From Promethearchaeota archaeon (lineage in GTDB: Archaea; Asgardarchaeota; Hermodarchaeia; Hermodarchaeales; Hermodarchaeaceae), in assembly GCA_048939245.1 (NCBI GenBank), contig JBHLPR010000001.1, positions 1 to 64,000 of the forward strand: a stretch of 64,000 nucleotides of DNA, given 5' to 3'. The first letter of the stretch is position 1, and each line of letters starts with the position of its first letter. Shown in pieces: positions 49,405 to 58,564 of the stretch. The notes beneath the pieces were generated by a model. It ran no database searches. It saw only the letters and a program-made list of their open reading frames with translations, and was not told the origin of the DNA. The translations under genes were made by a program, and so were the position numbers.

Positions 49405-49719
49405 TTACACATCACAAACAGTACAGGATTTACGAACGGTTTGACAAATGTTACAGACCCCTTTCGTAATTTGCTCTTCTGTAAGCGAGCCTTTACTAAT
49501 TTTACGCGCAAGTTCTTCAATAGTTTCTTGGACGTCTTTTCCTAAATCAACAGATGAACCGCGCTCTCCTTTCATATAATGCGAGATGGTGGCTTCAGTA
49601 GTTCCCAAGATTTTAGATACTTGGACTTGAGTCATTCCCTGCTTAACTAAGGCTTGCGCTAGCGAGGATTTAATCGCTGGAAGTGCCTTCCAAACTACAG
49701 TTTCACAAGGAAATGCCAT
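49405..49719 (-). CDS. XRE-type HTH regulator (COG2522-like)
   Basis: PCE..V...LPAI, TQ..VSK.LG.T.A.ISHY..G.RG, C..C. Confidence 0.85.
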   Translation of the reverse strand: MAFPCETVVWKALPAIKSSLAQALVKQGMTQVQVSKILGTTEATISHYMKGERGSSVDLGKDVQETIEELARKISKGSLTEEQITKGVCNICQTVRKSCTVCDV

Positions 49720-49914
49720 ATCTAAAACCTCTGTATTATGTGTAGCCAATATATTAACAATGTTAAGATTGTTTAGTGTGGCTCAAATGTTCAATTTAAG
49801 TCTTAGCCACTCACTAATCCACCTCTCTTTAAAGCGCAAGCTGGTTCTTCCCAACGTGGTTTTCCATAATTATATAAATCCAAGTTCAAAACCCAAGTCG
49901 GCATTCAACCGTGG

Positions 49915-51675
49915 GTGAATCGTGTGGATCAAAAAACATCGCTAACTCCTCGCTTATACCAGCTCAATGCCAGAGACCAGATTCTAGAAATACTTGAAAC
50001 AGGTGAACAACGAGTATTCATTGTACTACTTCCAACAGGAATGGGAAAAACCTTCATTTCCACTCTTACCTTAGAAGTCCTCTTCGAACGTGGAGTTTTA
50101 GCTGATGATGAGAAAGTCCTTTTTCTTGTACAAGATCGGAAGCTTAAGCACCAATTATATGAAATGGCGAAATCCTATGGATTAACATCGTATGGTTACC
50201 TTTTCCTTTTAGATGATCAGCAAAGTCTTCCAGCTCGAATGTGCCGCGACCATGCGGCCCTAGCTAAATTTATTTTTGCTACTCCAATTCTGTTGATGAA
50301 TGCTGTAGCAGGGAAAACCAAACGCATTGATAAAGAAACACTCGCTAAAGTCAAAGTAGTCATTATCGATGAAATCCTCGATATTTTTGCTCAAAGCTAT
50401 GGGAAGAAACGTCCAAGGGCTGACACAATTGCATTTATCGAAAAACGATTTGGAGACGGGCGAAACTTTCAACAGATAATTATGGACTTGAAGCACGAAC
50501 TCGAAACTAGTGGAACACTGGATTACGAAATCGATGAGACGCGATTAGCTGACCAAGTAATACGAGAATTCTCCTTTCAAAGCTACCGCATCAACAAGAC
50601 CTATGACCCAATCATTCGATTTCTGGACCTTCTGAGCAAAGAATCCTACCGTATCGTTATTGGGCTAACTGCGTCGCTCTCTCAAGATGTAAAAATTGAC
50701 CTTCTGAAAAAGACCTTCGGAGGCGACGATGTAGTTGCTGAAATCCGGCCTATAGGAGATGACTTTGAATCTCATCAACCTGCCTATGAGCTAAAACGAA
50801 TTCGTGTCTTTGATGAATGGGTAACCGAAGTTGATGACCTAATTTCTGATATTAAACGAGTGCACCTGAGACGACTAAACAGCGCTTATCAGATAATAAC
50901 GGGGATACAGGAAATACCTAGCGATCGGATTCTCCTTTTCATAACTGATCTTCTCAGGAAGAAAGGACAACAGACTAAACTCCTTGAACATTTCAGAGGA
51001 GACAAGCAGCAATTACTCTCTATACTCAGCACTGCTCGCGCTTATCTACTTATGACTGTAGCACGTCAACATCTCCTCGAAGGAACCTTCCGTTCTTTTA
51101 GTGCATTCATCAAAAAAATCACGAATCGAGTTTTACAATCTAACTCCGAGTTTTCCGTCATCCTAAAAAAAGTAGAAACCAGAACACAAAATGTAGATCC
51201 CGATAAAAAAGAAGAAAGAATGCTTTACTGGCTTAATCGATTTCACACCCAAGGAAAAAGGGTTCTAATATTATGTCGGTTCGTTGACATGACCCGTCAT
51301 CTTGCCAACCAGGCAGCCCGTGAAGGCATTAAATGTACCTATGTTCATGGGAAAATGCATGGAGCTCAACAGTATGCACAAATTCAATCATTCAAGGATG
51401 GTAAGGTTTCAGCTTTGTTTGCATCCGAGCGGTTGATTGAGAAGGGTACCGATTTACCCGAAGCTGACGTGGGAATATATTATGGCACAACGCTCTCATT
51501 AGCTCGCTACGAACAGAGCTTAGGACGTATTCGCAGTAATGTACAAAACATCAAAACATTCTACACACTGAGTTATGATCAAACCATTGAAGCGGAAAAA
51601 TCATTGAAACGTGATACGATGTTCCTAGAACTTATGGGCAAGCGATTGAAGCGATTATTTCCATACAACGAATAA
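49915..51675 (+). CDS. SF2 helicase, Hef/FANCM-like, divergent
   Basis: YQ Q-motif, LPTGMGKT, FATP, IIDEIL, GLTAS, EKGTDLP, QSLGRI. Confidence 0.8.
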   Translation: MNRVDQKTSLTPRLYQLNARDQILEILETGEQRVFIVLLPTGMGKTFISTLTLEVLFERGVLADDEKVLFLVQDRKLKHQLYEMAKSYGLTSYGYLFLLDDQQSLPARMCRDHAALAKFIFATPILLMNAVAGKTKRIDKETLAKVKVVIIDEILDIFAQSYGKKRPRADTIAFIEKRFGDGRNFQQIIMDLKHELETSGTLDYEIDETRLADQVIREFSFQSYRINKTYDPIIRFLDLLSKESYRIVIGLTASLSQDVKIDLLKKTFGGDDVVAEIRPIGDDFESHQPAYELKRIRVFDEWVTEVDDLISDIKRVHLRRLNSAYQIITGIQEIPSDRILLFITDLLRKKGQQTKLLEHFRGDKQQLLSILSTARAYLLMTVARQHLLEGTFRSFSAFIKKITNRVLQSNSEFSVILKKVETRTQNVDPDKKEERMLYWLNRFHTQGKRVLILCRFVDMTRHLANQAAREGIKCTYVHGKMHGAQQYAQIQSFKDGKVSALFASERLIEKGTDLPEADVGIYYGTTLSLARYEQSLGRIRSNVQNIKTFYTLSYDQTIEAEKSLKRDTMFLELMGKRLKRLFPYNE

Positions 51676-51775
51676 TTTTATCCAATATGCAACTAGCACG
51701 AAGGTTTTGAGGGGAACCTTCAATAAAGACAGAAATAATATGGGTCACTGAGAACCCGATTTCTGGAGGCTTATT

Positions 51776-53050
51776 ATGCTGCCTGAAGATATGCGTCGTG
51801 ACTTACCCATTACCCAACAATATATCTACTTAGATAATGCGGCAACAACTCCTGTTCCAAACCCGATAATTGATACTATAATTGAGTACTTCGAGGAATA
51901 TTGTGCAAACATTGAAAGAGGCGCTTACTCTATTGCTGCAAAAGCCTCGGAAGTCTGTGATGCAGCTCGTGAAGAAGTGGCCACGCGACTGCTCCATTGT
52001 GATGTTGAAGAATTCATATTTACTAGAAATCAAACACAAGCAGCAAATCACGTGGCTTATGCCTTAGAACATGCTTTTTTGAATCGATGGAGTACCGGTT
52101 TCCAATTTGCACCTCCTCTGGTCAAATGGACGTCAAAGAGCAAAATCGTAACAACTCTGCTTGAACATCATTCAAATTTCATGCCTTGGTTACGGCTAGC
52201 TAAACATGTTAATGCCCAATTCCATACTATCACTCCTACCATGGAAGGTCGTCTTTTACCCGAGATGTTTGCTGAAGTAGTAGATGAAGATACCAAGTTC
52301 GTTGCCTTTCAGCACGCTTCGAATGCAATGGGAACCAAACATGATGTTCCCGCCATCATTCACGCAATCAAAACAGCAAATCCAAATTGCTTGGTCTTCG
52401 TTGATGGCGCTCAAGGGGCAGGACATATGCCTGTAGATGTCAAAGCGCTCGGTTGCGATTTCTATTCCTTTTCAGGTCATAAAGGACCACTAGGACCGCC
52501 GGGAACTGGGGGGCTATTTGTTCGCGAGGAATTATTACGCCGGATGGCTCCAACGGAAGTAGGAGGTGGTGTTATCAGCTCTGTAACGGCGGAGGATTAT
52601 ATGTTACGTAGTGATCATCGTGCTCGAAGATGGAATGCAGGCACACCGAATATCATCGGATTAATTGCGTTGGGTGCAGCGGTCAGGTACCTCAACCGGT
52701 TTGGTCCTGAAAAAGTAGCAGAGCATGAGCACAAGCTCACTAGACATCTTTTAGAGGGACTTCAAGACATTCCCACTCTCGCTATCTATGGACCAAAGAA
52801 TGATATGACCTGGAAAGTTGGTGCCGTATGTTTCAATATTGAAGGATGGAAATCCTATGATGTGAGTCTAGCTTTGGACTCCCAATGGAAAATCCTTACA
52901 CGTGCAGGGCACCATTGCTGTCAACCCCTAATGCGCCTATTAGGTTTGTTGGACCAATATAACGGAAATGTCCGAGCGAGCTTTCATTACTTCAATCTTA
53001 TCGAAGAAGTTGATACTCTCATTGAGGCTATCAAAACCCTAGCAGGCTAG
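51776..53050 (+). CDS. sufS: Cysteine desulfurase (SufS/CsdA group II)
   Basis: YLDNAAT, LEHHSN, DGAQ, SGHK, RAGHHC. Confidence 0.9.
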   Translation: MLPEDMRRDLPITQQYIYLDNAATTPVPNPIIDTIIEYFEEYCANIERGAYSIAAKASEVCDAAREEVATRLLHCDVEEFIFTRNQTQAANHVAYALEHAFLNRWSTGFQFAPPLVKWTSKSKIVTTLLEHHSNFMPWLRLAKHVNAQFHTITPTMEGRLLPEMFAEVVDEDTKFVAFQHASNAMGTKHDVPAIIHAIKTANPNCLVFVDGAQGAGHMPVDVKALGCDFYSFSGHKGPLGPPGTGGLFVREELLRRMAPTEVGGGVISSVTAEDYMLRSDHRARRWNAGTPNIIGLIALGAAVRYLNRFGPEKVAEHEHKLTRHLLEGLQDIPTLAIYGPKNDMTWKVGAVCFNIEGWKSYDVSLALDSQWKILTRAGHHCCQPLMRLLGLLDQYNGNVRASFHYFNLIEEVDTLIEAIKTLAG

Positions 53051-53052
53051 AT

Positions 53053-53805
53053 TCAATCCGGTGAGTTACAGTTCGCACAAACCAGACAATCTTCATGTCG
53101 TGCGATGGGAAATTGGTCAAATCGAAGACTATTCAAATCTACAAATAAGAGATGTCCTGCTAATCTCGGTTGTAATCCCAAGATAATGCGCAGTGCTTCA
53201 TGAACCTGAATATTCGCAACAACTCCCAGAAGCGTTGGATACACTCCAATCGTTTCACAGGTTGGTTGTTGCTCATCATCGACGCCCCCATATATGCATT
53301 CTAGACAAGCAGTTTTACCAGGGAGAATCGTCGTTAGATTTCCTGTAGCTCCTAAAGCACCAGCAAACAAATACGGAATGCCATGTCTGCAGCAGGCTTC
53401 ATTGAGAAGATACCGGGGGGCAAACCGGTCGAGTCCATCAACCACCAAATCCATCTCATCAAGAATATCATCAACTGTATCCGCTGTTAATCGTGTTTCT
53501 ATTGGTTCTATCGTCACGTCAGGATTAAGCGGTTGTAACCTTCGCGCGGCTAAATGCACCTTGAGCTTTTCTAAATCCTTTTCACGGTATAGAAATTGAC
53601 GTTGTAGATTAGATGCTACTACCACATCCGGATCAACAATACGTAAGTGGTTTACTCCTAATGTTGCAAGTTTAGTAGCTGAGATGCTTCCCAGTCCACC
53701 AATTCCCACTACCACAACCTTTGCTCGCCGGATTTTTGCAAATCCCTTTTCTCCAATATCTCGCAGTACAGTGAAACGAGAATAACGGGCAGGGATTTCT
53801 GGCAT
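53053..53805 (-). CDS. MoeB/ThiF/UbaA E1-like adenylyltransferase
   Basis: VGIGGLG, SNLQRQ, CLEC, TCETIGV, CLVC. Confidence 0.9.
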   Translation of the reverse strand: MPEIPARYSRFTVLRDIGEKGFAKIRRAKVVVVGIGGLGSISATKLATLGVNHLRIVDPDVVVASNLQRQFLYREKDLEKLKVHLAARRLQPLNPDVTIEPIETRLTADTVDDILDEMDLVVDGLDRFAPRYLLNEACCRHGIPYLFAGALGATGNLTTILPGKTACLECIYGGVDDEQQPTCETIGVYPTLLGVVANIQVHEALRIILGLQPRLAGHLLFVDLNSLRFDQFPIARHEDCLVCANCNSPD

Positions 53806-53825
53806 GGAAGGTTCTCCACTAGTGG

Positions 53826-55343
53826 CTAGAGGGCTGCCTTCTGTTTTGCTTCTTCAAAAAGCTCTCGACCTTTATCTGACACTTCGATATTCGCTGATGG
53901 GAGTCCTCGTCCTGCTGTTCGATGGATGGAAACCAGGTCTTCTTCTTGAAGGTCAAGGAAGAATTTATCGAGCCAAGCTGCTAACGAAATTCCCAGTGAA
54001 GGACTAAATCCAAGTTCCTTTGCGGAAACATTGTACTTGCCTTCGACAATTTTTGCTGCAAAGGTTGTCAAAACAATATAATGTTGGTCTTTCTTGAGCA
54101 GGATATCCTGAATTTGGCTACGGGCCTCTAGTGCATTAAGGCGATCACGAATCTCTGCAAATCGTGCATAGTCTTCTTTCATCTTTTCTAGTTCTGCACG
54201 CGCTCGTTCGAGCTGATTTTCTAGATCCTCTTTATCCTTGCTGAGCGTATCTCGATCCTTTGAAACTGCCTTCAGACCTTTTTGCTCTTCTTCTAGTTCA
54301 GCTATCCTCGATTCCTGGGATTCTTTCAGGCTAGTCATTTTTTCTAATTGTGCTTCTAAATCAGCAATTTGTTTGTTGGCTTTAACGGTTTCAGCTTTGG
54401 CTGTTTCTAATTCTTGTTGGATTTCAACTACTTTCTCTGTTCCAGCTTCCGCTTCCGCCTTTACCTCTTCGAGTTGAGTAACAGATTCTTTAAGATCCAC
54501 AACTTCTTTTTCAACAGTCTCTAGTTTAGTTTCAGAAGCCTCTAATTTCTTACTTTCCTCTTGCAACCGCTGTTCTAAGATTTTGTTTGTCTCCTGAGCC
54601 TGCTCTAACTTCGTTGTTAATGATTTCACTTGATCCTCTAATTCCTTCTTTGAAGTCGTTGCAGCTGAAGCAGCTGTAGCTGCAGCCGCTTGTGCTGCCG
54701 CGAGTTTAGCATTAACTTCATCAAGTTCTTTGACCGCTGCTTCACGTTCGGAAAGAGCTTTCTTGCTATCTTCTTGGACCTTTAGTAAATCTGCTTCTGC
54801 TTTTTTCAACGATTCTGATAATTGCTTATTCGTTTCTCGCAGCTTGTCGATTCGACGCGCATCCCGTGTTGAGCGTGATTGCATTTGCTTCTCTAAATCT
54901 GCAATTTTTACTCGCGCATCCGCTAATTCTTTCTCCAATTCTTCACGTGTTTTCTGTGAAGCTGCAATTTCATCTTGTAACCGTTTTCGGAGTTCTTCAC
55001 GCTCTGACTCGGTCATCGAAGCTAATGCGCTAAGTTCGTCTGCAGCTCCTGATAAACCTGCTTTTGCTTGCGTAATTTCCTGAATTTTCGCTCGGGCCTG
55101 CTCACTAAATCGTTTAGACTCCGAAGTTACACCTTCTCGCACATCATTGACAATCGGTCCACTTAATCTTCCAAAACCAATTTGTTCCATGCGTTGTTCT
55201 ACCCGATCAGCAATCATCATAAGGCTTCGTTGAAGATCTCGAACCAGAACATCGAAGGCATCGACCAGATTCGTGGTTAGTACTTCAATTTGCCGTTTGA
55301 GCTCTTCGGACCGTTGAGCTTTATCTGGAGCTTCTTCTGTCAT
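53826..55343 (-). CDS. Long coiled-coil protein with C-terminal winged-helix-like domain
   Basis: About 350 residues of E/K/L/A heptads, then SAKELG...LQEEDLV...VSDKGREL. Confidence 0.85.
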   Translation of the reverse strand: MTEEAPDKAQRSEELKRQIEVLTTNLVDAFDVLVRDLQRSLMMIADRVEQRMEQIGFGRLSGPIVNDVREGVTSESKRFSEQARAKIQEITQAKAGLSGAADELSALASMTESEREELRKRLQDEIAASQKTREELEKELADARVKIADLEKQMQSRSTRDARRIDKLRETNKQLSESLKKAEADLLKVQEDSKKALSEREAAVKELDEVNAKLAAAQAAAATAASAATTSKKELEDQVKSLTTKLEQAQETNKILEQRLQEESKKLEASETKLETVEKEVVDLKESVTQLEEVKAEAEAGTEKVVEIQQELETAKAETVKANKQIADLEAQLEKMTSLKESQESRIAELEEEQKGLKAVSKDRDTLSKDKEDLENQLERARAELEKMKEDYARFAEIRDRLNALEARSQIQDILLKKDQHYIVLTTFAAKIVEGKYNVSAKELGFSPSLGISLAAWLDKFFLDLQEEDLVSIHRTAGRGLPSANIEVSDKGRELFEEAKQKAAL

Positions 55344-55532
55344 TTTACCCACCAATATTGAAAGGAACCCTTCTCACATAAGTTGAGCTATCGAACCTAG
55401 ATAAGGTTTGCTGCGCTCGCATAAAAAATCCCTCCTTCCTAAAGGCTGCGCAGAAACTGTTGGTTCAAGAAACCATAGCCTTTTTAGGTAAGCTCTCCTT
55501 CGAAACGATAATTCTCAAAGAAGCTGGTTATT

Positions 55533-55892
55533 ATGAAAACCGATGAAGTCATGAATGTCCTCCGGCGCGTTCTCGATCCTGAACACCCAGTCAGTGTCGT
55601 TGAAATGGGTCTTGTCAAAGAAGACGATGTTATAATCAAAGGCGACGAAATTCAAGTCCATTTCGCTCCAACCGTTCCCCAATGTCCCATGGGCGCGGTG
55701 ATCGGTATTGTTATTCGGAAGGCATTAGAGGATAAGTTTCCCAATAACAAAGTATCAGTGCAAGTGAAACCTGGCACACACATGCGCGAAGAAGCATGTA
55801 ACACCATGATTAACAATGATGAACAGTACCAAAACGCGATTGAAAAATTAAATGCATCAGGAGCACTTGATCGTCTCATTGTCAACGAATAA
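55533..55892 (+). CDS. DUF59 Fe-S maturation protein, eukaryote-type CIA2/MIP18
   Basis: DPEHP, FAPTVPQCPMG..IG, PGTH..E.A.N. Confidence 0.85.
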   Translation: MKTDEVMNVLRRVLDPEHPVSVVEMGLVKEDDVIIKGDEIQVHFAPTVPQCPMGAVIGIVIRKALEDKFPNNKVSVQVKPGTHMREEACNTMINNDEQYQNAIEKLNASGALDRLIVNE

Positions 55893-56040
55893 TTTTAATC
55901 TACATTCTCATGCTCCAATCATCCTAGAACTCATATAATGACCTTGCTTTTTTCGCAACCCCCGGCTTGTTTACCCTTAGTTCGATAAAGTTTTAAGAAT
56001 TAGCAAAACCCCGAACTAGTTGCTGGGGAGCCAATGAAAA

Positions 56041-56715
56041 ATGCGACCAATTAAATTGAATAAGGAACCCGAATCAGTTACGGTTCCCAAGAACATGCTA
56101 GAGGAGTTTATTAGAGCAGAGGATTTTGTCACTAAATATTTTGATACAACCCGCCATCTTACTAAAGAAGGCAAATACCTCATAGGTAACCAACGCTACA
56201 TCGCTTTACCCGCAGAATTTATCACTAAATTACGGGAACGAATCGCTATATCAGGAAGTGGTGAACTAGCCGACCTTATTATCTATGAAGTTGCGAAATC
56301 CTTTGGGCAACTAGATGCCCGAGATTACCAACAACGGATGAATGTTCAAGACCCCATGGGCATGCTTTCAGCAGGCCCAATCCAATTCAGTTTTCGTGGA
56401 TTTGCTCATGTCAATATATTCCCGATAAGCCACCCAACTCCTGATGAGAACTACTTGCTTGTCTATGATCATTTGAATTCCTTCGAGGTTGAAGCCGCTG
56501 TCAAACAACACGAGTACACCCAATCACCACGCTGCTATTTCAATGCCGGATACTCTGCGGGATGGTGTGAGGAAAGTTTCGGCATTCCTTTACAAGCTCG
56601 TGAAATCACCTGTCGCGCCATGGGTGATTCCGCCTGTCGTTTCGTTATGGCACATAAAAGCCGCATTCTGCAACATATCACCAGCGAAGAAGTTGAGAAA
56701 TACAAATCCCTTTAG
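56041..56715 (+). CDS. XylR_N/V4R domain protein
   Basis: G..DA, GPIQFSFRGFA, C.F.AGYSAGW, EITCRAMGD..CRF. Confidence 0.85.
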   Translation: MRPIKLNKEPESVTVPKNMLEEFIRAEDFVTKYFDTTRHLTKEGKYLIGNQRYIALPAEFITKLRERIAISGSGELADLIIYEVAKSFGQLDARDYQQRMNVQDPMGMLSAGPIQFSFRGFAHVNIFPISHPTPDENYLLVYDHLNSFEVEAAVKQHEYTQSPRCYFNAGYSAGWCEESFGIPLQAREITCRAMGDSACRFVMAHKSRILQHITSEEVEKYKSL

Positions 56716-56801
56716 TATGTTTTTACAGAGATGACTTGGAACTTTGCTGGAAACGTAAGTCTTTTTCATCGTTTACCATTGTTGTTGGTTGAGCTGATGT
56801 A

Positions 56802-58490
56802 ATGGGATACTCCCCTCGAACAACAGCACTTGTCCTGATTAGTTGTTTCTTATTGATACAACTACCTCCATTTCCAAGCACTTCTCTACCTCCCTCAATT
56901 TCACCCTTAACCAATCGATTGTTCGAAGTACTCTCCACCACACAGACACCAACCCAAACACCTCTTAAAAACCCAGGGAACATTTCTTGGATCTGGGATC
57001 AATATGCCAGCGCGCCTGGGCCGCTTCCAGGTGATGATGTTGTCCGCTGGGGATCAACAATGGGGCCCTATCACAATTATTCTGAGGTGCTAACCCACAT
57101 CAACGACCGCGTTGCTGATTTTTCCGACTATCTTGTTGTATTCAACATTGGGGCTAGTTATAATGGGCTCTCAATTCCCTGCATTCAAATAACTGCTCCT
57201 GGCGACTCTTCCAGTCGAAAAGGCTTTCTTCTTGTTGCACATCACCATGGACGAGAAGCAATTACTGTTGAAAATGCCCTCTTTTTCCTAGACTATCTGT
57301 TGGCGAATTCCAACCAATCAGAAGTTCAGCAAATCCTAGACAACTTCATACTCTACCTTATTCCTACGCTCAATCCGGATGCATTAGGAATGCTCCACAT
57401 CAATCCTTGGCAACGGAAGAATCTCCACCCCATAGATGAAGATGGAGATGGACTCACGGATGAATGGGAAATTCAAGATATCAATGGGGACTATATTGTC
57501 GACTTCTATGAAGTGGAAGGTGAATGGTATTACACCTATGAGGGCCTGGATTTGGACGGGGATGGAGACACAGGTGAGGATATGCCAGGAGGAGTCGATT
57601 TGAACCGCAATTACCCTGTTGCCTTCGCAGCTGGGGTCAATGAACCACGGGCAGAAGTATATCATGGTGAAGCACCTTTCAGTGAACCGGAAACCCAAGC
57701 CATGCATAACTTCACTCTCCATTATCATCAAAATCTAGCATTTGGGCTTTCTCTCCATAGTGGAATCGACGTGCTACTGACGCCTTGGGGTTATACAAAC
57801 GAACCTAGTTACCACGAACCTTTCTTCGAAAGGCTTGGTGCCGCGGTGGAAACAGCTTCCGGTTTTGAATGGTGGACTGCTACGCAGTTGTACCCCTCTT
57901 ATGGAACGTGGGACGATTGGCTTTATGGGGAATACGAAATCCCTGCAGTTACCTTGGAAGTGTACGGCAATGAATCCGCCTGGGGGCATAGTATTTGGGA
58001 CTACTTCAATCCCAGTGCAGACCAAGTCCTTGAAAACTGCTACAAAGTGCGAGACGCCATCTGCGCGATGTTTGAGGTCCTCATGGATGAACCAGGCGAT
58101 CCAATCATCGTTGTCCCCAGAGTCGTTTCCAGTGTCATTTCTACACTCATTTCCGTTTATATTGATGAGAGCTTAAGCGGCTTTGAAACCCTCTTCATCG
58201 AATACCGGTTTGATCCTGCTAACAACTATAATTGGGTTGGGCTAGCACTGACTCATCAAGGGGGAAATCGGTATGATGCGCTCCTTCCTGCTCCTGTAAT
58301 GGGTGGGGTTATGGAGGTTCACGTGTATGGTAAAGACTTTGCTGACCATGTTATCTATTCAGATTCTGTATTCTACTCGATATCTACATCACTTTTTGTT
58401 GGACTTGTTGCACTAGGCATTGCGATTATTGCTGTAATAATTCTCAGCATTGTCTTGGTGATTCGTAAGCGAGTCCGTAGAAGAACATGA
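56802..58490 (+). CDS. Secreted, membrane-anchored M14 zinc carboxypeptidase
   Basis: HHGRE, NPD, RKN, GVDLNRNY, FSEPET, LHS; DxDxDG loops; C-terminal TM. Confidence 0.9.
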   Translation: MGYSPRTTALVLISCFLLIQLPPFPSTSLPPSISPLTNRLFEVLSTTQTPTQTPLKNPGNISWIWDQYASAPGPLPGDDVVRWGSTMGPYHNYSEVLTHINDRVADFSDYLVVFNIGASYNGLSIPCIQITAPGDSSSRKGFLLVAHHHGREAITVENALFFLDYLLANSNQSEVQQILDNFILYLIPTLNPDALGMLHINPWQRKNLHPIDEDGDGLTDEWEIQDINGDYIVDFYEVEGEWYYTYEGLDLDGDGDTGEDMPGGVDLNRNYPVAFAAGVNEPRAEVYHGEAPFSEPETQAMHNFTLHYHQNLAFGLSLHSGIDVLLTPWGYTNEPSYHEPFFERLGAAVETASGFEWWTATQLYPSYGTWDDWLYGEYEIPAVTLEVYGNESAWGHSIWDYFNPSADQVLENCYKVRDAICAMFEVLMDEPGDPIIVVPRVVSSVISTLISVYIDESLSGFETLFIEYRFDPANNYNWVGLALTHQGGNRYDALLPAPVMGGVMEVHVYGKDFADHVIYSDSVFYSISTSLFVGLVALGIAIIAVIILSIVLVIRKRVRRRT

Positions 58491-58564
58491 AATTTGGGGA
58501 AAGTAAGCCTTAAGGGGAACGTTGAACCAAGACGAGTACCCTTCACATTTTGAGAGGTTCGCTT

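Noticed and set aside
12655-55343. A 'proto-meiosis' cluster (RadA, Spo11-family Top6A, Rad51 paralogue, FANCM-like helicase)
   Set aside because: The genes are scattered over 40 kb among unrelated housekeeping genes; Top6A is paired with Top6B as a normal topoisomerase.
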